A stretch of 63,201 nt of DNA, counting the filler, from Aduncisulcus paluster (lineage: Eukaryota): assembly GCA_024181965.1 (NCBI GenBank). It is 19 parts of 19 records of this genome, joined end to end, with 100 filler letters (N's around TTAATTAATTAA, not from the genome) between each part and the next. Parts side by side here need not be neighbours in the genome. Positions count along the whole stretch, not along the records: positions 49,024 to 52,197 come from BQXS01012037.1; positions 52,298 to 54,442 come from BQXS01012038.1; positions 54,543 to 55,982 come from BQXS01012039.1; positions 56,083 to 57,704 come from BQXS01012040.1; positions 57,805 to 59,397 come from BQXS01012042.1; positions 59,498 to 61,377 come from BQXS01012043.1; 13 more parts are not named here. One strand, given 5' to 3'. The position numbers and the translations under genes were made by a program. The notes under the pieces were generated by a model. The model was not told where the DNA came from. It saw only the letters and a program-made list of their open reading frames with translations, and made no database searches. The first letter of the stretch is position 1. Each line of letters starts with the position of its first letter. Positions 49,024 through 61,477 of this stretch are shown here, piece after piece.

Positions 49024-52000
49024 AGCAGGTTGTTGATTTATGTAAGACATGCCTTAAACATTTAACAATGCGTTCATTGTGCTTTTCTCCACAATTTGGA
49101 ACTCATGAATCTTCTTCTAAAAGTGTTTCGAGTAGCCACGAATCAAGAATACACCCAACCATACATAAAGAAGCCATAGCTAAACCCATTCCAACCCAAG
49201 AATCAAAACCATCGGTGATTCCTTCTTCGGACTCTCTCAGGCCCAAAAATAGAAGACTTCGTGCCAAAGCAAAGCGCAAAGAAGCCAAACACACTATCCC
49301 TACCCAAGATATCGTAGCTTTCCCCACCTCTAAGGAGAGTCCCAGACGATCTATCACTCCTCCAGCTATTTATTCAACCCAATCCATATCATCACAACCG
49401 TCTGGAACTGTTGATTCCACGGGTCCCACATGCACAATTCCGCCATCATCGACTTCTGATTCGCTTCATGATGCCGCCTTTGGAGCTCCCGATGAATTAG
49501 GAATACCCAGTATTGAATTTGATCCAATGTATCCTGATGGAGCAGACACCATTTTCACCCAACAAGAACTCTTCCTTCAAATAACTAAGAACATGCGGCC
49601 AAAAAAAGAGGAGATTCCCCCACAGGGAAGTGATTCCATGCATAACATTCAAGCTGAGGATTCTGGATACAAAGAAGAGGATTCCACATCTCCTGAACTT
49701 GATCCTAACATTGCCCGAATATCTACCCAATTATTCCCTATAATAGCCACCCATAGTCATACATATAACGAAAGGGATGCTGGATATAATGCTTCATATC
49801 CGACCATACTGGAAGGCAATGAATCGACTTATAGCAGTCCTCCCGGTAAGGGTCAGAAGAAAAGTAGTAGTATCCCGGCAAAAGTGAACTCAAGTGGATT
49901 GTTGAATGTCCAATCGTTGGTATACAAGCTCGTGGAACGTGTTCTTGAGCTCCAGTACCCCGGTCTCTCCAGGGACGAAAAGGCTTCAAAAGCACAGGAA
50001 TGTGTGTGGATATTATTGGGCCAAGGAATAGAAAAGAAGGACAAGGAAAAGAAGAGTATTCGAGCTATAGCTTCACATGAGCAAACTGGGCCAGAGACTG
50101 ATACTTCAAAAGAAATAGGTTCTGCAACCACTGAAAAACAACAGTCACGTGCGTCATCTGCTGGAAAAGGAAAACATGGAAAGAATATTCGTCCAGCAAC
50201 ACCCCCTCTTGCCCCTGGATCTGGATCATCAGGTAAGCTTGTGATTCCACAGCCCATCATGACGGTGGAATTGCTCCAAGAGAATTTTGCATCGCTTCTT
50301 CCTCTCCTCTCGTATTCTCCTCTCCTCTCCTCCTTGTTGGCACTCTCCCCGATCAATCCAAAACACTCCCTCCGCTCTGAAAAGAATCTCCAAGGAAGTC
50401 AGCTTGATATTCGCCCCAAACGTGCCAAATATGTGAATGAATCCTCTTCTTCAACGAGCAGTTCTGGCAAGAAAAGCCAGAAACATACTCTTCGCAACCC
50501 TCTCACCGATTCCACCTTACCTCCTCTCTTCCACCTCTCCCATACGTCTAGATACAAGAGAGACTATGTTGAACAGGGTGTCCTTGGACGTGGTGGTTTC
50601 GGTGAAGTTTGTAAGTGCGTTCACCGGTTGGATGGGCAATGTTATGCCGTCAAAAAGGTTAAGCTTGGAAAGATGAAACGCGAGGGAACGGAGAGAAGAC
50701 AGCGAGAGAAGACAATGCGCCGAGAAGAGCGCAAAAAGAGACGGCAAAAAAGACGTGAACTACTCGAAAAGAAGAAGAACGAAGAAGCCAAGAAGAAGCT
50801 CGGTGATGGTGATTCCCTTCTCTCTCGTCTCTTGCTACAAGACACTGAAACCACTATTGGCAGTGACTCGAATATCTCCACTCAATCCTCATCCTCGACT
50901 GGTCTTCTTAGTGTTGATGATGAGTCTATCCAGCACCTTGCCGAAGAAGAAGAATATTCCGAATCCTCGTCCTCTGAGGAGGATGAATCTGAGATACATT
51001 CTATTTTAAGGGAAGTCAGTGTGTTGGCCAGTGTTCAGAGTCGGTACATTGTTCGGTATGTCACCGCTTGGATTGAGATGGAACAGGCGGAAGAGGAAGA
51101 GGAGGATGATCGTAGATCCCATATCCATGATGTGTTCGCAGACTCTGATCTAAACGAAGGGAAAGGGAAAAAATACCGAAAAGAGAAGAAAACGAGACGA
51201 AAGAAACGCTCTTCTCTGATTCCCCATGAAAACAAATCAAACCCTACATCCGATGATCTTGATGGTGCTGTTGATGATAATTCTAATGGATCAGGTGACG
51301 TATTGCATCACAGAGCCAGCTCTGAAGACGAAGGATCGTTCCAATCTGATGGATTCGCAGGGGAAGGGATGGGAAGTGTCAGGAGTGAAGATGAAGACTA
51401 TCGTCTTAATGCCCCTGGTGATGATCTTCTCAAAATGTTGGTAGGATTAGAAGAAGACAAAGAAGAATCAGATGGAAAAGATGACTCAAATCAAAAGGAA
51501 GAAGAAGAAGAAGAAGAGGAGGAGGAAGAAGAAGAGGAAGATGGGGTCAATCTTTGGGATCAACGTGGTATGAAAGAAAGAATAGAGAAAGGAATGTATG
51601 GACAACATGGAAGTCGCAAAAGATCCTCTGGGAAAAAAGGGGAGCGAGCTACTGATGACACGTATGAACTTCCTTCACTCCCTCAGACCCCAACTCACTC
51701 CTCGACTCCCTCTCCTTCTCTCTCGCTCTCTCGCTCTCTCTCTCTCTCCCCAAATGTTGCCCGGGAACGTTCTCGAGCCCAACATATAAGAGAAGCCATG
51801 GAAGGAGCTTTCATCGACAGAGAGACATATATCATGACTCACGGAAGGTCTCCCTCCAATGGGGATCTCCCTCCACGTTGTTCCAAACAGGGTCACAGCA
51901 ACAAACAGCATCTCTCCCTCTCTCCTTCTCTTCCAAGGTCTCATTCGGACAAGAGCGATGATGTAGACAGCAGACATGTCCACAGCAGTCGAAGTCATTC

Positions 52001-52197
52001 CAAGAGTCACAGCCGTGAGAGTGGTGACAATATTCAAGTGACAGGCGACAAAACTCCCAGTGAAAAGGGGAGTGGAGAGACCGAATATGAATACACACTT
52101 GGATATGAATATGAATACGAAGAAATAGATATTCCTCCTGATGAATTTGCCAACAGAAAGAAAGAACATGAAGAAAGTGCTGCAAAGAAATCCAAAG
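49024..52197 (+). CDS. eIF2-alpha kinase (PEK/GCN2 family), N-lobe with long inserts (both ends truncated)
   Basis: SRYKRDY..LGRGGFGEV....HRLDGQCYAVKKV, ILREV..LA and IVRYVTAWIE, followed by a long acidic insert. Confidence 0.88.
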
Positions 52198-52997
52198 NNN
52201 NNNNNNNNNNNNNNNNNNNNNNNNNNNNNNNNNNNNNNNNNTTAATTAATTAANNNNNNNNNNNNNNNNNNNNNNNNNNNNNNNNNNNNNNNNNNNNCTC
52301 TTCACTAACTAACTCGGAACAATAGGAAGAGATTCTTCGTCAAGCATTGGATCCAGAGCTGATCTCGGATTTATCGTATCACGTAACTGCCCTATTCGGG
52401 CCTGAGGAACCCCTTTCTCACTCAGATGTGCGTGGAAGTTCGGTGTGACTGCTCGGTCCAGGATTTCGTGATCTCCTGCCTCTTTCACATGGTCTCTCAT
52501 GCAGCGTTGGATCCTGAGTAGCTTATCACATGTCACATAGTAGAATCTCCTGAAAAAACATTTAAAGTTAGCGTTAGAAGTTCAAATCTTTCCAAAATCA
52601 CCCACGGATGGAGTGCGTAGATCCCAGTGACACAGGGACGATTTTCGGCGACTACTTGCACATGTAACATGGGGGGTTTGATGTTACTCCTTTATTCCTA
52701 GCATTTATATTTTTCTGTTTCATGTGGCATATCTATGATTTTATATAATCGTCCTGCTCAGTCACAAAGTCGAGATTCATGGGGCGAGGGATGCGCAAAT
52801 TCCATCACCCTCCCGGGTTCCAAACCAATGAGCATGAATTTCTTAGTGCTAGTGTGATATTTCAATTGAAAGGTAAAAAAACAGTATAAACATCGTTTTG
52901 AGCCGTTTTAGCATATTTGATATAGTATTTATTCCTATATCAATTTTGAAATGTGTTATGATAAAGATTTGGGCTTCCTCAAGCGTTATCGAGGGAT

Positions 52998-53945
52998 TTA
53001 CCATATATTCCGAACATAATAAGAAATTGACGTGGCTGAAACATCCATGACTATTTCATCCAAAATGTCGCCTTTCAGGAACCCATCGTCAGACATCACC
53101 TTTCTTACTGTTGCTCTGTGTCTTTGTATTAAGAGCATACTCACTAAATCGTCGTCTTCTTCGGGATTTTCGGGACTTTCTGCTTCTTTTTGTTTCGTTT
53201 GCATTCCTCCCCCCCTTAACGCACACAATGCATCCCTCTCATGTGACGAGAGAGCTGTCAGATCGGTAATAGTAAAAGATTTTCCAAGGTAAATGGTGTT
53301 GGATTTGGCCTTGTCGAAGGTAAAAATAGATAAACTGGAATTCTCAGAATTTAAAAATTTTGTTAACAAAACGTCATTGATCAAAAAAAAATCTTCAGAA
53401 ATCTCATCTTCATTGGTTATTTGGGTCCTTATCTATATATTGCCATCCGGCAAGATCTGCCCGTTCTACAACTTCTTTTACCTTCTTAACCAGAGAGGAG
53501 GTAATGAATTTCGTTCCTGAGTGATTGAGAATATCACCTAACTGTTGTATGACTATAAGGCCTCCCAATAGTAATCTCCTTTGTGATATAAAAACGAGAT
53601 AGCTGCATGGGTTATTGTTATAAGAGCATGTGTTTTCGTCTCATGGAAGCGATAAGATGAGGTTTCTGGGGGCGTAAAGAGATTTTCGAGCTCAGAGATG
53701 TCTATTCTCTTACCTTGAATGGCCTTAGAAGGTGGATAATAGTGCCATTCCCCGTCGGAATGTTGGTCAAGTAGCTCTTTTAAACTTTTTGTGACCCTCT
53801 TCTCTCTCTCTCTCTCTATCTCATTCAACTCTCTATCTCTAGCAGTACTCCAGGCGCTAGCCTCCCAATTGGTCGGTAGATTGGGATACACTGTAACCAA
53901 TGCAGCTCTTCTTCTCTTCCTCCATATTCTCCTTTTCCTCTTCAT
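52998..53945 (-). pseudogene. Broken ORF fragments of unknown origin downstream of a gag-like fragment
   Basis: Same-strand ORFs 53553-53945 and 52998-53384 separated by stops and an apparent frameshift at a poly-A run. Confidence 0.3.
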
Positions 53946-53972
53946 GAATCGCTAGAATATTGATTATCTCGT

Positions 53973-54442
53973 TCATAAGTGCTCTGGTTTAATCCCGTCA
54001 ACAAAACAGTCAACCATCTTCGACTCTTTCTCCCGTGGTATATCGTGTTCCTCTAGCATCTCTGGTCTCAATGTATCCCACTTATAGGTGTAATTCATCG
54101 CTCGGTCTGATGTTATTGTAGTCCTTTCACATTCACATTCGATTAATCTTGCCTTCCTCATAAACCCATTGAATACATCATCTGGAGTAAAGGGACACAT
54201 AAAGGCTTTGTCAACCATTTTCCACAAATACGTCTGGTTTGTACACGATGACACTATGGTTTCCCTCACATGGTATCCCACTTGTTTTATCACAGCTGGT
54301 GTCATCATTTGAGCAAAAGGCAGCAAATAAAGGTTGGAGTAAGTGGTTTTAAACTCTTTTAGACACTTAAAGAACGCCCTGAATTGTTCACTTCCCACGG
54401 ATTTCAGTTTTTCAATAAAGATCCCATTAGCTGGTTTTGAGG
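53973..54442 (-). pseudogene. Divergent gag-like fragment
   Basis: Ends in CFVDGIKPEHL*, similar to AFIRGLRPERL of the intact gag, with comparable spacing from an N-terminal F..F...Y helix. Confidence 0.4.
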
Positions 54443-54542
54443 NNNNNNNNNNNNNNNNNNNNNNNNNNNNNNNNNNNNNNNNNNNNTTAATTAATTAANN
54501 NNNNNNNNNNNNNNNNNNNNNNNNNNNNNNNNNNNNNNNNNN

Positions 54543-55982
54543 TGTGTTCCAACCATGGGTCTTGCAACGATTCCGAGCACATCTGCGAGTGTGATTCTGG
54601 CTATATTGACGATGCATGCTCGACTCTGGTTGTGACGTACTCATCTGATTGTGCGCGTTCCTTCACCATCGAAGATCACATGACGTGTCAAGAAGTGTCC
54701 TCCGGGCGTTATGCTGCGGAGTGTGACGATGGGTACTATTATGACGAGGCGTCCTATTCGTGTGTGGAAGATACCTTATCTCAGTGTTCGTCGTACATTG
54801 ATGGGCACCGCATGTGTGTTCTTCCCGATGATGGATCGACCGCTCCTTCCCTCGGGTGTCGATCTGTGTGGTATGGAGACGAGTGTGATGACATGTATTC
54901 CGTGCATATCCCCGACAAGGTGTTTAGAGGTAAAGTGTGTGATGCTATAAGCAATAGTGATCCACTATGTGATGTCTCTGAGTTTGAAATGGCTGGGATA
55001 AGTGGGGAATTTTATTCATATTATTCCAATATTACGTCCTTTGAAGGTGCTCAGTATTTGATAAACATTTATAGTTTCTATGGACGAGATACAGATGTAA
55101 CATCAGTTTATCCTATTTCTTTCCTTGAACAACTATCATACTTATATTTTTATCGGAATTTAACGACCTTTAAAGGCAACGTTTATGATCTCAATTCTTT
55201 ATTCACATTGAGTAGATTGTATAGATTGTCTATTTATGGGAATGAACAAATCTATGATATATCTGTCTCATTTAGGAATGTTGGAATGTATTATATTACT
55301 ATTGCGTATTCTGGATTCATACCTCTCTGTAGATCAGAAGATGATACCGATTATTGGATATTTATAAAGACTATCTTTCCAATTCATGAGTCAGACAATA
55401 AGGATATATACTATATTCCTAATAGCTGTCCTCTCAACTCTAATCCTGGAAATTCCCCATATAACTGTGATACTTCAAATGCTTCATGCCCTTCAATAGT
55501 TCTGAATGAGGTGTACAATAGTGCTGATGAAGTGAACGAGAAGCAATGTGCGTTCATTGCGAAGGAAGGCGCTGATGGCGAGTGTTTCACTGTTCATGAC
55601 GATTCCATTCGCCAATACCTGAAAGCTTATTGTCTTTCCGAGAGTGATGTTGAAGCGAATGGTATCATTAGTGTTGGCACCATGCGCAGCGATTTGACAT
55701 GCTCGTCGTTGTCGCTCTCTGCCATTGTCTCCGATGCTTCCTCCTCTATTTCCACGCTTGACGAACTCACGACCCTGCAAGGTCTTGAGTATGGAACGTT
55801 GCTGACGTCTCTGACTGTTGATGGGTATGACTTGAGTGGCGATACCAATTCCAACTCCGAGTACGATAGGCTGGTTATCCAGATCCTGGCGAAGGCCGTG
55901 ACATATTCGAATTCGTATGGTTCCGTTGATTCCGGTCTCACGACTTTATCTGCGAGTGGATGTAACTTGAGTGCTGTGAGTG
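54543..55982 (+). CDS. Cys-rich/EGF-like plus internalin-type LRR surface protein, internal fragment
   Basis: Starts with CSNHGSC...CECDSGY (EGF-like); near-identical to 33754-35476 outside a central block. Confidence 0.85.
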
Positions 55983-56082
55983 NNNNNNNNNNNNNNNNNN
56001 NNNNNNNNNNNNNNNNNNNNNNNNNNTTAATTAATTAANNNNNNNNNNNNNNNNNNNNNNNNNNNNNNNNNNNNNNNNNNNN

Positions 56083-56737
56083 AGCAGGAAAAGTGTTTGA
56101 TTGGAGTACTATCCTCCCTTTTATCCAGCATACCTTGAACAATTCTGTTCACAAGATTTTAGGATGTTCTCCACATTTTGCGCTATATGGGTGGTCAACT
56201 GAACCCGATGGCAGGACAAAAATGGGAGAGTTGTTCGGAAGAGACCTTGCGTCCAAAACATCAGCTACAATGCTTCGAGAGTTCCTGCAGAAAGTCTATA
56301 AAGAGATTTTGATACGCCAGGATGCTTTTCTAAAAAAGAGAGGCAGGGCTGTGGTAACATTCGAAGTGGGAGAACCAGTTTTAATGGTTCTCAGACAAAA
56401 GAGAAAGATGGATCCAAAACTACAAGGTCCGTTTAGAATTATAAAGAAAATTGATGTTTTCCATTATGAGATTGATAATGGAGACAAGAAGCAAGCAGTC
56501 GTACATGTTGCGAATTTGCGACATTGTATCGCAACAAAAGAGGATCTAAAGAAGCAACAGATGGTGGCTGCTGAGCCTATTGATGTGATTGACCATCGGA
56601 AAGAAAAAGGTCAATGGCAATTCCTGATCAAATGGAAGGAACTGGAAAAAGAGTTTTCCACATGGGAAATGGCTGATGAAGTTCAGCATTATGATACTGT
56701 TAAGAGATATATTGAAGACAGAGGATTTATTTTGTAA
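56083..56737 (+). mobile_element. Chromovirus-type gypsy integrase C-terminus with chromodomain (second family)
   Basis: NNSVH..LG.SP..ALYG, LQGPF, VVHVANLR, then VIDHR...FLIKW....STWE. Confidence 0.9.
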
Positions 56738-56799
56738 AAGAAAATTCCTTGTGTTTCGCTAAGAGCTTGGGGTCAGCTTCCAGCTCTATGGAGAGGCAG

Positions 56800-56892
56800 T
56801 GTAGGAGGTTACGAAGTCTTTGAGCTTTGGAACCTTCATACGAAGCTCTTCCTTTTACTCTTATAATAAATTGTACCACATAACTACTTACA
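56800..56892 (+). mobile_element. Candidate 3' LTR (93 nt) after the PPT
   Basis: GGAGAGGCAG|TGTAGGAGGTT...AATAAA...AACTACTTACA (8/11 inverted termini), ~60 nt after the integrase stop. Confidence 0.55.
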
Positions 56893-56937
56893 AACACGCG
56901 ATACCACAACAGCACACTCCATGAAGATTCATAAAAA

Positions 56938-57011
56938 TGGAGATGATGGGAATTGAACCCATGTCATCCATGTTACATCTAAGGTATACATACCATCTAG
57001 ACTATTATTGA
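56938..57011 (-). pseudogene. Degenerate tRNA-like sequence
   Basis: A box TAGTCTAGATGGT, perfect T arm ATGGG-TTCAATT-CCCAT, 3' end CATCTCCA then TTTTT; acceptor stem does not pair. Confidence 0.6.
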
Positions 57012-57804
57012 TATAATTCAAATTCTAGTTTTAATATCAATGTAATTTTTCGCGTTTTACCTCCTTTCTTACAGGTTTTAATAATGGTGTGTTTACCTCT
57101 TAAATAGCGTGTTACTATTATAGAATATGTTATCTCCTTCTTATATTCTAAATATTTGATAATTATGTCTTATTTCACAAATAAAATTATCTCCAGATTT
57201 TCTACACTATTTATAGATTTAATACCCAAAATATCTATTTTGAATTTTATATCCCCCTAATATTTGTTTTTATCATCTTATTTCCCTTTTCTATTTGGTT
57301 TTCGATTTTTTTCTGTTTTTTTCTTTCGCACTGCTCTGGTTTGATAATTATTTTTGATTTTTCTTTTCTTTTCCTTATTTTAACACTCTAACCTTTTTCT
57401 TTCTTATGTAATTTCTCGATAAATATCTTTTTATCATCGCTTAATTCTTCGCTTCTTTCAGTTCTGTCTCTCTGTTTCTAATTTCTCTAAACCCTGCCTC
57501 TTTTTATCGTTTGTTTTGGTCCTTAATGGTTTTTCACTGTTATTTGTGTTGTCAGATCCTTTTGAATTTTTTTATGTTTTTGATCCTCCATTATCTCTTC
57601 AATTAAGCTATTGTATCGTTCATCGAAATATCACAATAAATTTTGCAATTTATTTTGCAATTTATTTTTAATTTTATTTTATCAGCGATAACTAATTTTG
57701 GTGTNNNNNNNNNNNNNNNNNNNNNNNNNNNNNNNNNNNNNNNNNNNNTTAATTAATTAANNNNNNNNNNNNNNNNNNNNNNNNNNNNNNNNNNNNNNNN
57801 NNNN

Positions 57805-59397
57805 CCTTTTCTCCGGCTTTTTCTTCTTTTTCTACATCTTTTTCTCCATCTTTGTCTTCGATCTTCTTCTTTTCAAGATCTTTCATTTTAGCTAACTTAG
57901 CTTCCCAAGTAGCAATCAGATCAGATCTTCCACATACGTGAAGAGCAGATCTGCATAATCTCTCGTGCAATAAATGACTCTCAGAGCCAATAATCATACG
58001 CCCATATTCTTCCTCTTCTCTCTCTTCTCTCTCTTCTCTCTCTTCTCTCTCTTTAATAGCTCTTTCAGCGCCTTGGGAGTAAACATAACACATCACTCCA
58101 CGATATTTAGGAAGGGTTTGTTTACCCACAATAACAGTCTCGGTGCACCATGAAGGCTCGATGCAGACATACAAATGCTTCGATTGACCATTGTCACTCT
58201 CAAGCACATTTAGGGATGTCAAAGCTATAAATAGTTCAGGTTGAGAAAGTGTGTGTGACAGCACTATTCTCCCTCCTTTCCTTCTCTGGAATAGTTTAAC
58301 ACTGACAGAGCAACCATGTTGTTCAAGGATAGAACATAGACGATCCAGGGAAGCTGGGGAAGGGTTAAAGGGGTTGAAAGGAGACAGGGGATCTAATGGA
58401 GGTCTGTCAAGGAAGGAAGCAACGGATGATGGGAGTTTCTTGGACTCGGAAGATGAGGAGGAAGAGGTGTGTTCCATGGAACCACGGATAAGCCATAATG
58501 CCTTGTTCCGAGTCATGCCTTTCACGGCACAACGTCTGAGCCATTTCCACAGGACAAATATAGATCTCTCACTCTGGACACGAAGGACACAGGCACAAGA
58601 TTGACACTCGTGGGGAAAGCAGCGTTGACAAGGGATATCATCGATTCCATGGAGCTGGTTGATGACATTAGTCATTGTTATATCAGTGTGGATGTGGATA
58701 CGGAACGTAGTGGCATCACGAATATCTTCCTCGCGCTTGATTTTTATCTTATTCTGAATAAGATGGAGTTTCTTCTCAAGTCGGAGAGGAATGGGAACTT
58801 CCTTAAACAAATCTTTTTCCTTGTTTTTCTGGGAATATATCAAGAAATAGGCACTTGAGACCCAGCCATGACGTATTGATTGCATGGAATATTTTTTCTC
58901 ACCGAACATACTCCTCACGCGTTCCCAGCCGATCTCATAGACTCTAGAGTCGTTAAATAGCACCCAATTCCCATCTTTTCCTTTGATCACACTGAAATAA
59001 TGACCACCCCCACTCCCTCCACTGTGAACAACGATAGCATACAGTGAATACAGTGTTGGAGGAATTATTTTTTCCTTTATAAGCTCTTTGGTGACTGTAT
59101 CTTGCTTGGGAAGGACAGATTCCTTCTTCTCAGAATCTTTGTTGCAACCGCCAGAGAACCAACCACTGAACATTGAGAAGAATCCGAAGCCTTTGCTATT
59201 GCTCTTCTTCTTGTTCTGCTTCTCTTTCTTCTTCTCAATCCTTCTCCTTTCTTTCTCTCTCAAGTACATGATCTCATCGGTCGCCACTTCTTCCTCAGAG
59301 GACACGTCTGACACCTTACAATACTCTGAAATATCGAGTTCTCGAGGAATCTCAACATAATCGTTAATCTTACGCACACGACCATACATATCCATTG
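57805..59397 (-). CDS. Ubiquitin-specific protease (C19), His box and downstream region (both ends truncated)
   Basis: KINDYVEIPRELD, YSLYAIVVHSGGSGGGHY, WVLFNDSRV and SAYFLIY. Confidence 0.93.
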
Positions 59398-59497
59398 NNN
59401 NNNNNNNNNNNNNNNNNNNNNNNNNNNNNNNNNNNNNNNNNTTAATTAATTAANNNNNNNNNNNNNNNNNNNNNNNNNNNNNNNNNNNNNNNNNNNN

Positions 59498-61377
59498 GTT
59501 GACTACCCCACAACTCAATGTGTTGTTGATGAAGGAATGGATGCTGCTTCTGTGCATTCTGATTGTATTGGGAAATGGGATGAGGTTGTGTGTGAATTTT
59601 CAATATCCATCCCCGATGCAAACCTTCGAGCTGCTGTGTGTTCTGCTCTCGTTAGTTCTATTGGGCTTCCTGCTAATTGTCCAGTCATAACCAATATTGA
59701 CATGCTGTCGTTGACTTCCCTCAGTGCATCCTCTGTTGACACCTTCGAAGGATTGTCTTGTGCTACAGAACTTGCATCACTCACCATCGATGGCACATCC
59801 ACATCTGACCTTGAGATTGACTCGACAGAGATTGGGCATCTTCCAACGTCATCCTTATCCACATTGTATCTGCAGAACATTGTATTATCTGAGGATGTGT
59901 CTTTATCCGCATTCACAATGTTAACAAAGCTTGATCTGAGAAACACTGGATTGACAGACTCTCATAGTGTTCTTGGTTCTTTGAGTGGTGTTGAGGAGCA
60001 GCTTGTTGAGTTGACCTTGCGAGACAATATTATCTCAGATATCTCTGCTCTATCTGGAATGGCGAATCTGACGTATTTGCATTTGTACAACAATCAAATA
60101 TCTGATGTGAGTCCATTGGAAAGTTTGGTGAATCTGACAACCTTGGAACTTGGATCTAATCAGATTAGTGCTATTGACTCTTTGTCAAACATGGAGGAAT
60201 TAGTATATCTGTATCTCTATTACAATAACATCTCGGATATCTCTGCTCTATCTGGAATGGAAGAACTGGTGAGATTAGATCTCTATCACAACTACATATT
60301 TGACATTTCTCCTCTATCAGGAATGTCAACCTTAACGACTCTATATCTATATTCAAATCAAATATCTGATATTTCTGCTTTGTCTGAGTTGACAAAGTTA
60401 ACAACTTTAGCACTTAATTCGAACCAAATATCTGATATCTCTCATTTACTTTCTTTGACAAAGCTGACATATTTGCATCTTTGTTTTAATGAAATAGATT
60501 CGATCGATTCATTGGTCGATATGATAGATTTACAGTTTTTGTATCTCTGTTATAATGATATCTCAGATATCTCTGCTCTATCTGGAATGTCAAACTTAAC
60601 GACTCTATCTCTATATTCAAACAGTATTTCAGATGTTTCACCTCTTGTCAACATCACTAATCTCACATATCTTCATCTTGGACATAACCAAATATCATCG
60701 ATTTCATCTCTCTCAAATATGCTCCAATTGACAGAGTTGTATCTCTATTACAATAATATCTCGGATATCTCTGCTCTATCTGGAATGGAAGAATTGGTGA
60801 GATTAGAACTCCAGGTGAACAATATCTCAGATATCTCCTATTTGAATTCTCTAACAAAGCTAACATATTTGCATCTTGCATACAATGAAATTGCTTCAAT
60901 TGATTCTTTGATAAACATGATAAGTTTACAGTATTTGTATCTCTACAACAACAATATCTCAGATATCTCTGCCCTCTCTGGAATGATAAATTTAACGACT
61001 CTATCTCTATATTCAAACAGTATTTCAGATGTTTCACCTCTTGTCAACATCACTAATCTCACATATCTTCATCTTGGACATAACCAAATATCATCGATTT
61101 CATCTCTCTCAAATATGCTCCAATTGACAGAGTTGTATCTCTATTACAATAATATCTCGGATATCTCTGCTCTATCTGGAATGGAAGAATTGGTGAGATT
61201 AGAACTCCAGGTGAACAATATCTCAGATATCTCCTATTTGAATTCTCTAACAAAGCTAACATATTTGCATCTTGCATACAATGAAATTGCTTCAATTGAT
61301 TCTTTGATAAACATGATAAGTTTACAGTATTTGTATCTCTACAACAACAATATCTCAGATATCTCTGCCCTCTCTGG
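59498..61377 (+). CDS. Internalin-like protein with ~21 tandem 22-aa LRRs (both ends truncated)
   Basis: IPDANLRAAVC cap, then LxxLxLxxNxISDISxLSxM repeats; a six-repeat block (396 nt) is duplicated at ~60597 and ~60993. Confidence 0.93.
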
Positions 61378-61477
61378 NNNNNNNNNNNNNNNNNNNNNNN
61401 NNNNNNNNNNNNNNNNNNNNNTTAATTAATTAANNNNNNNNNNNNNNNNNNNNNNNNNNNNNNNNNNNNNNNNNNNN

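Noticed and set aside
55013..55486. Diversity-generating retroelement as the source of LRR variation
   Set aside because: Differences are not adenine-specific and include indels; the only RT here is gypsy-type and on another contig.
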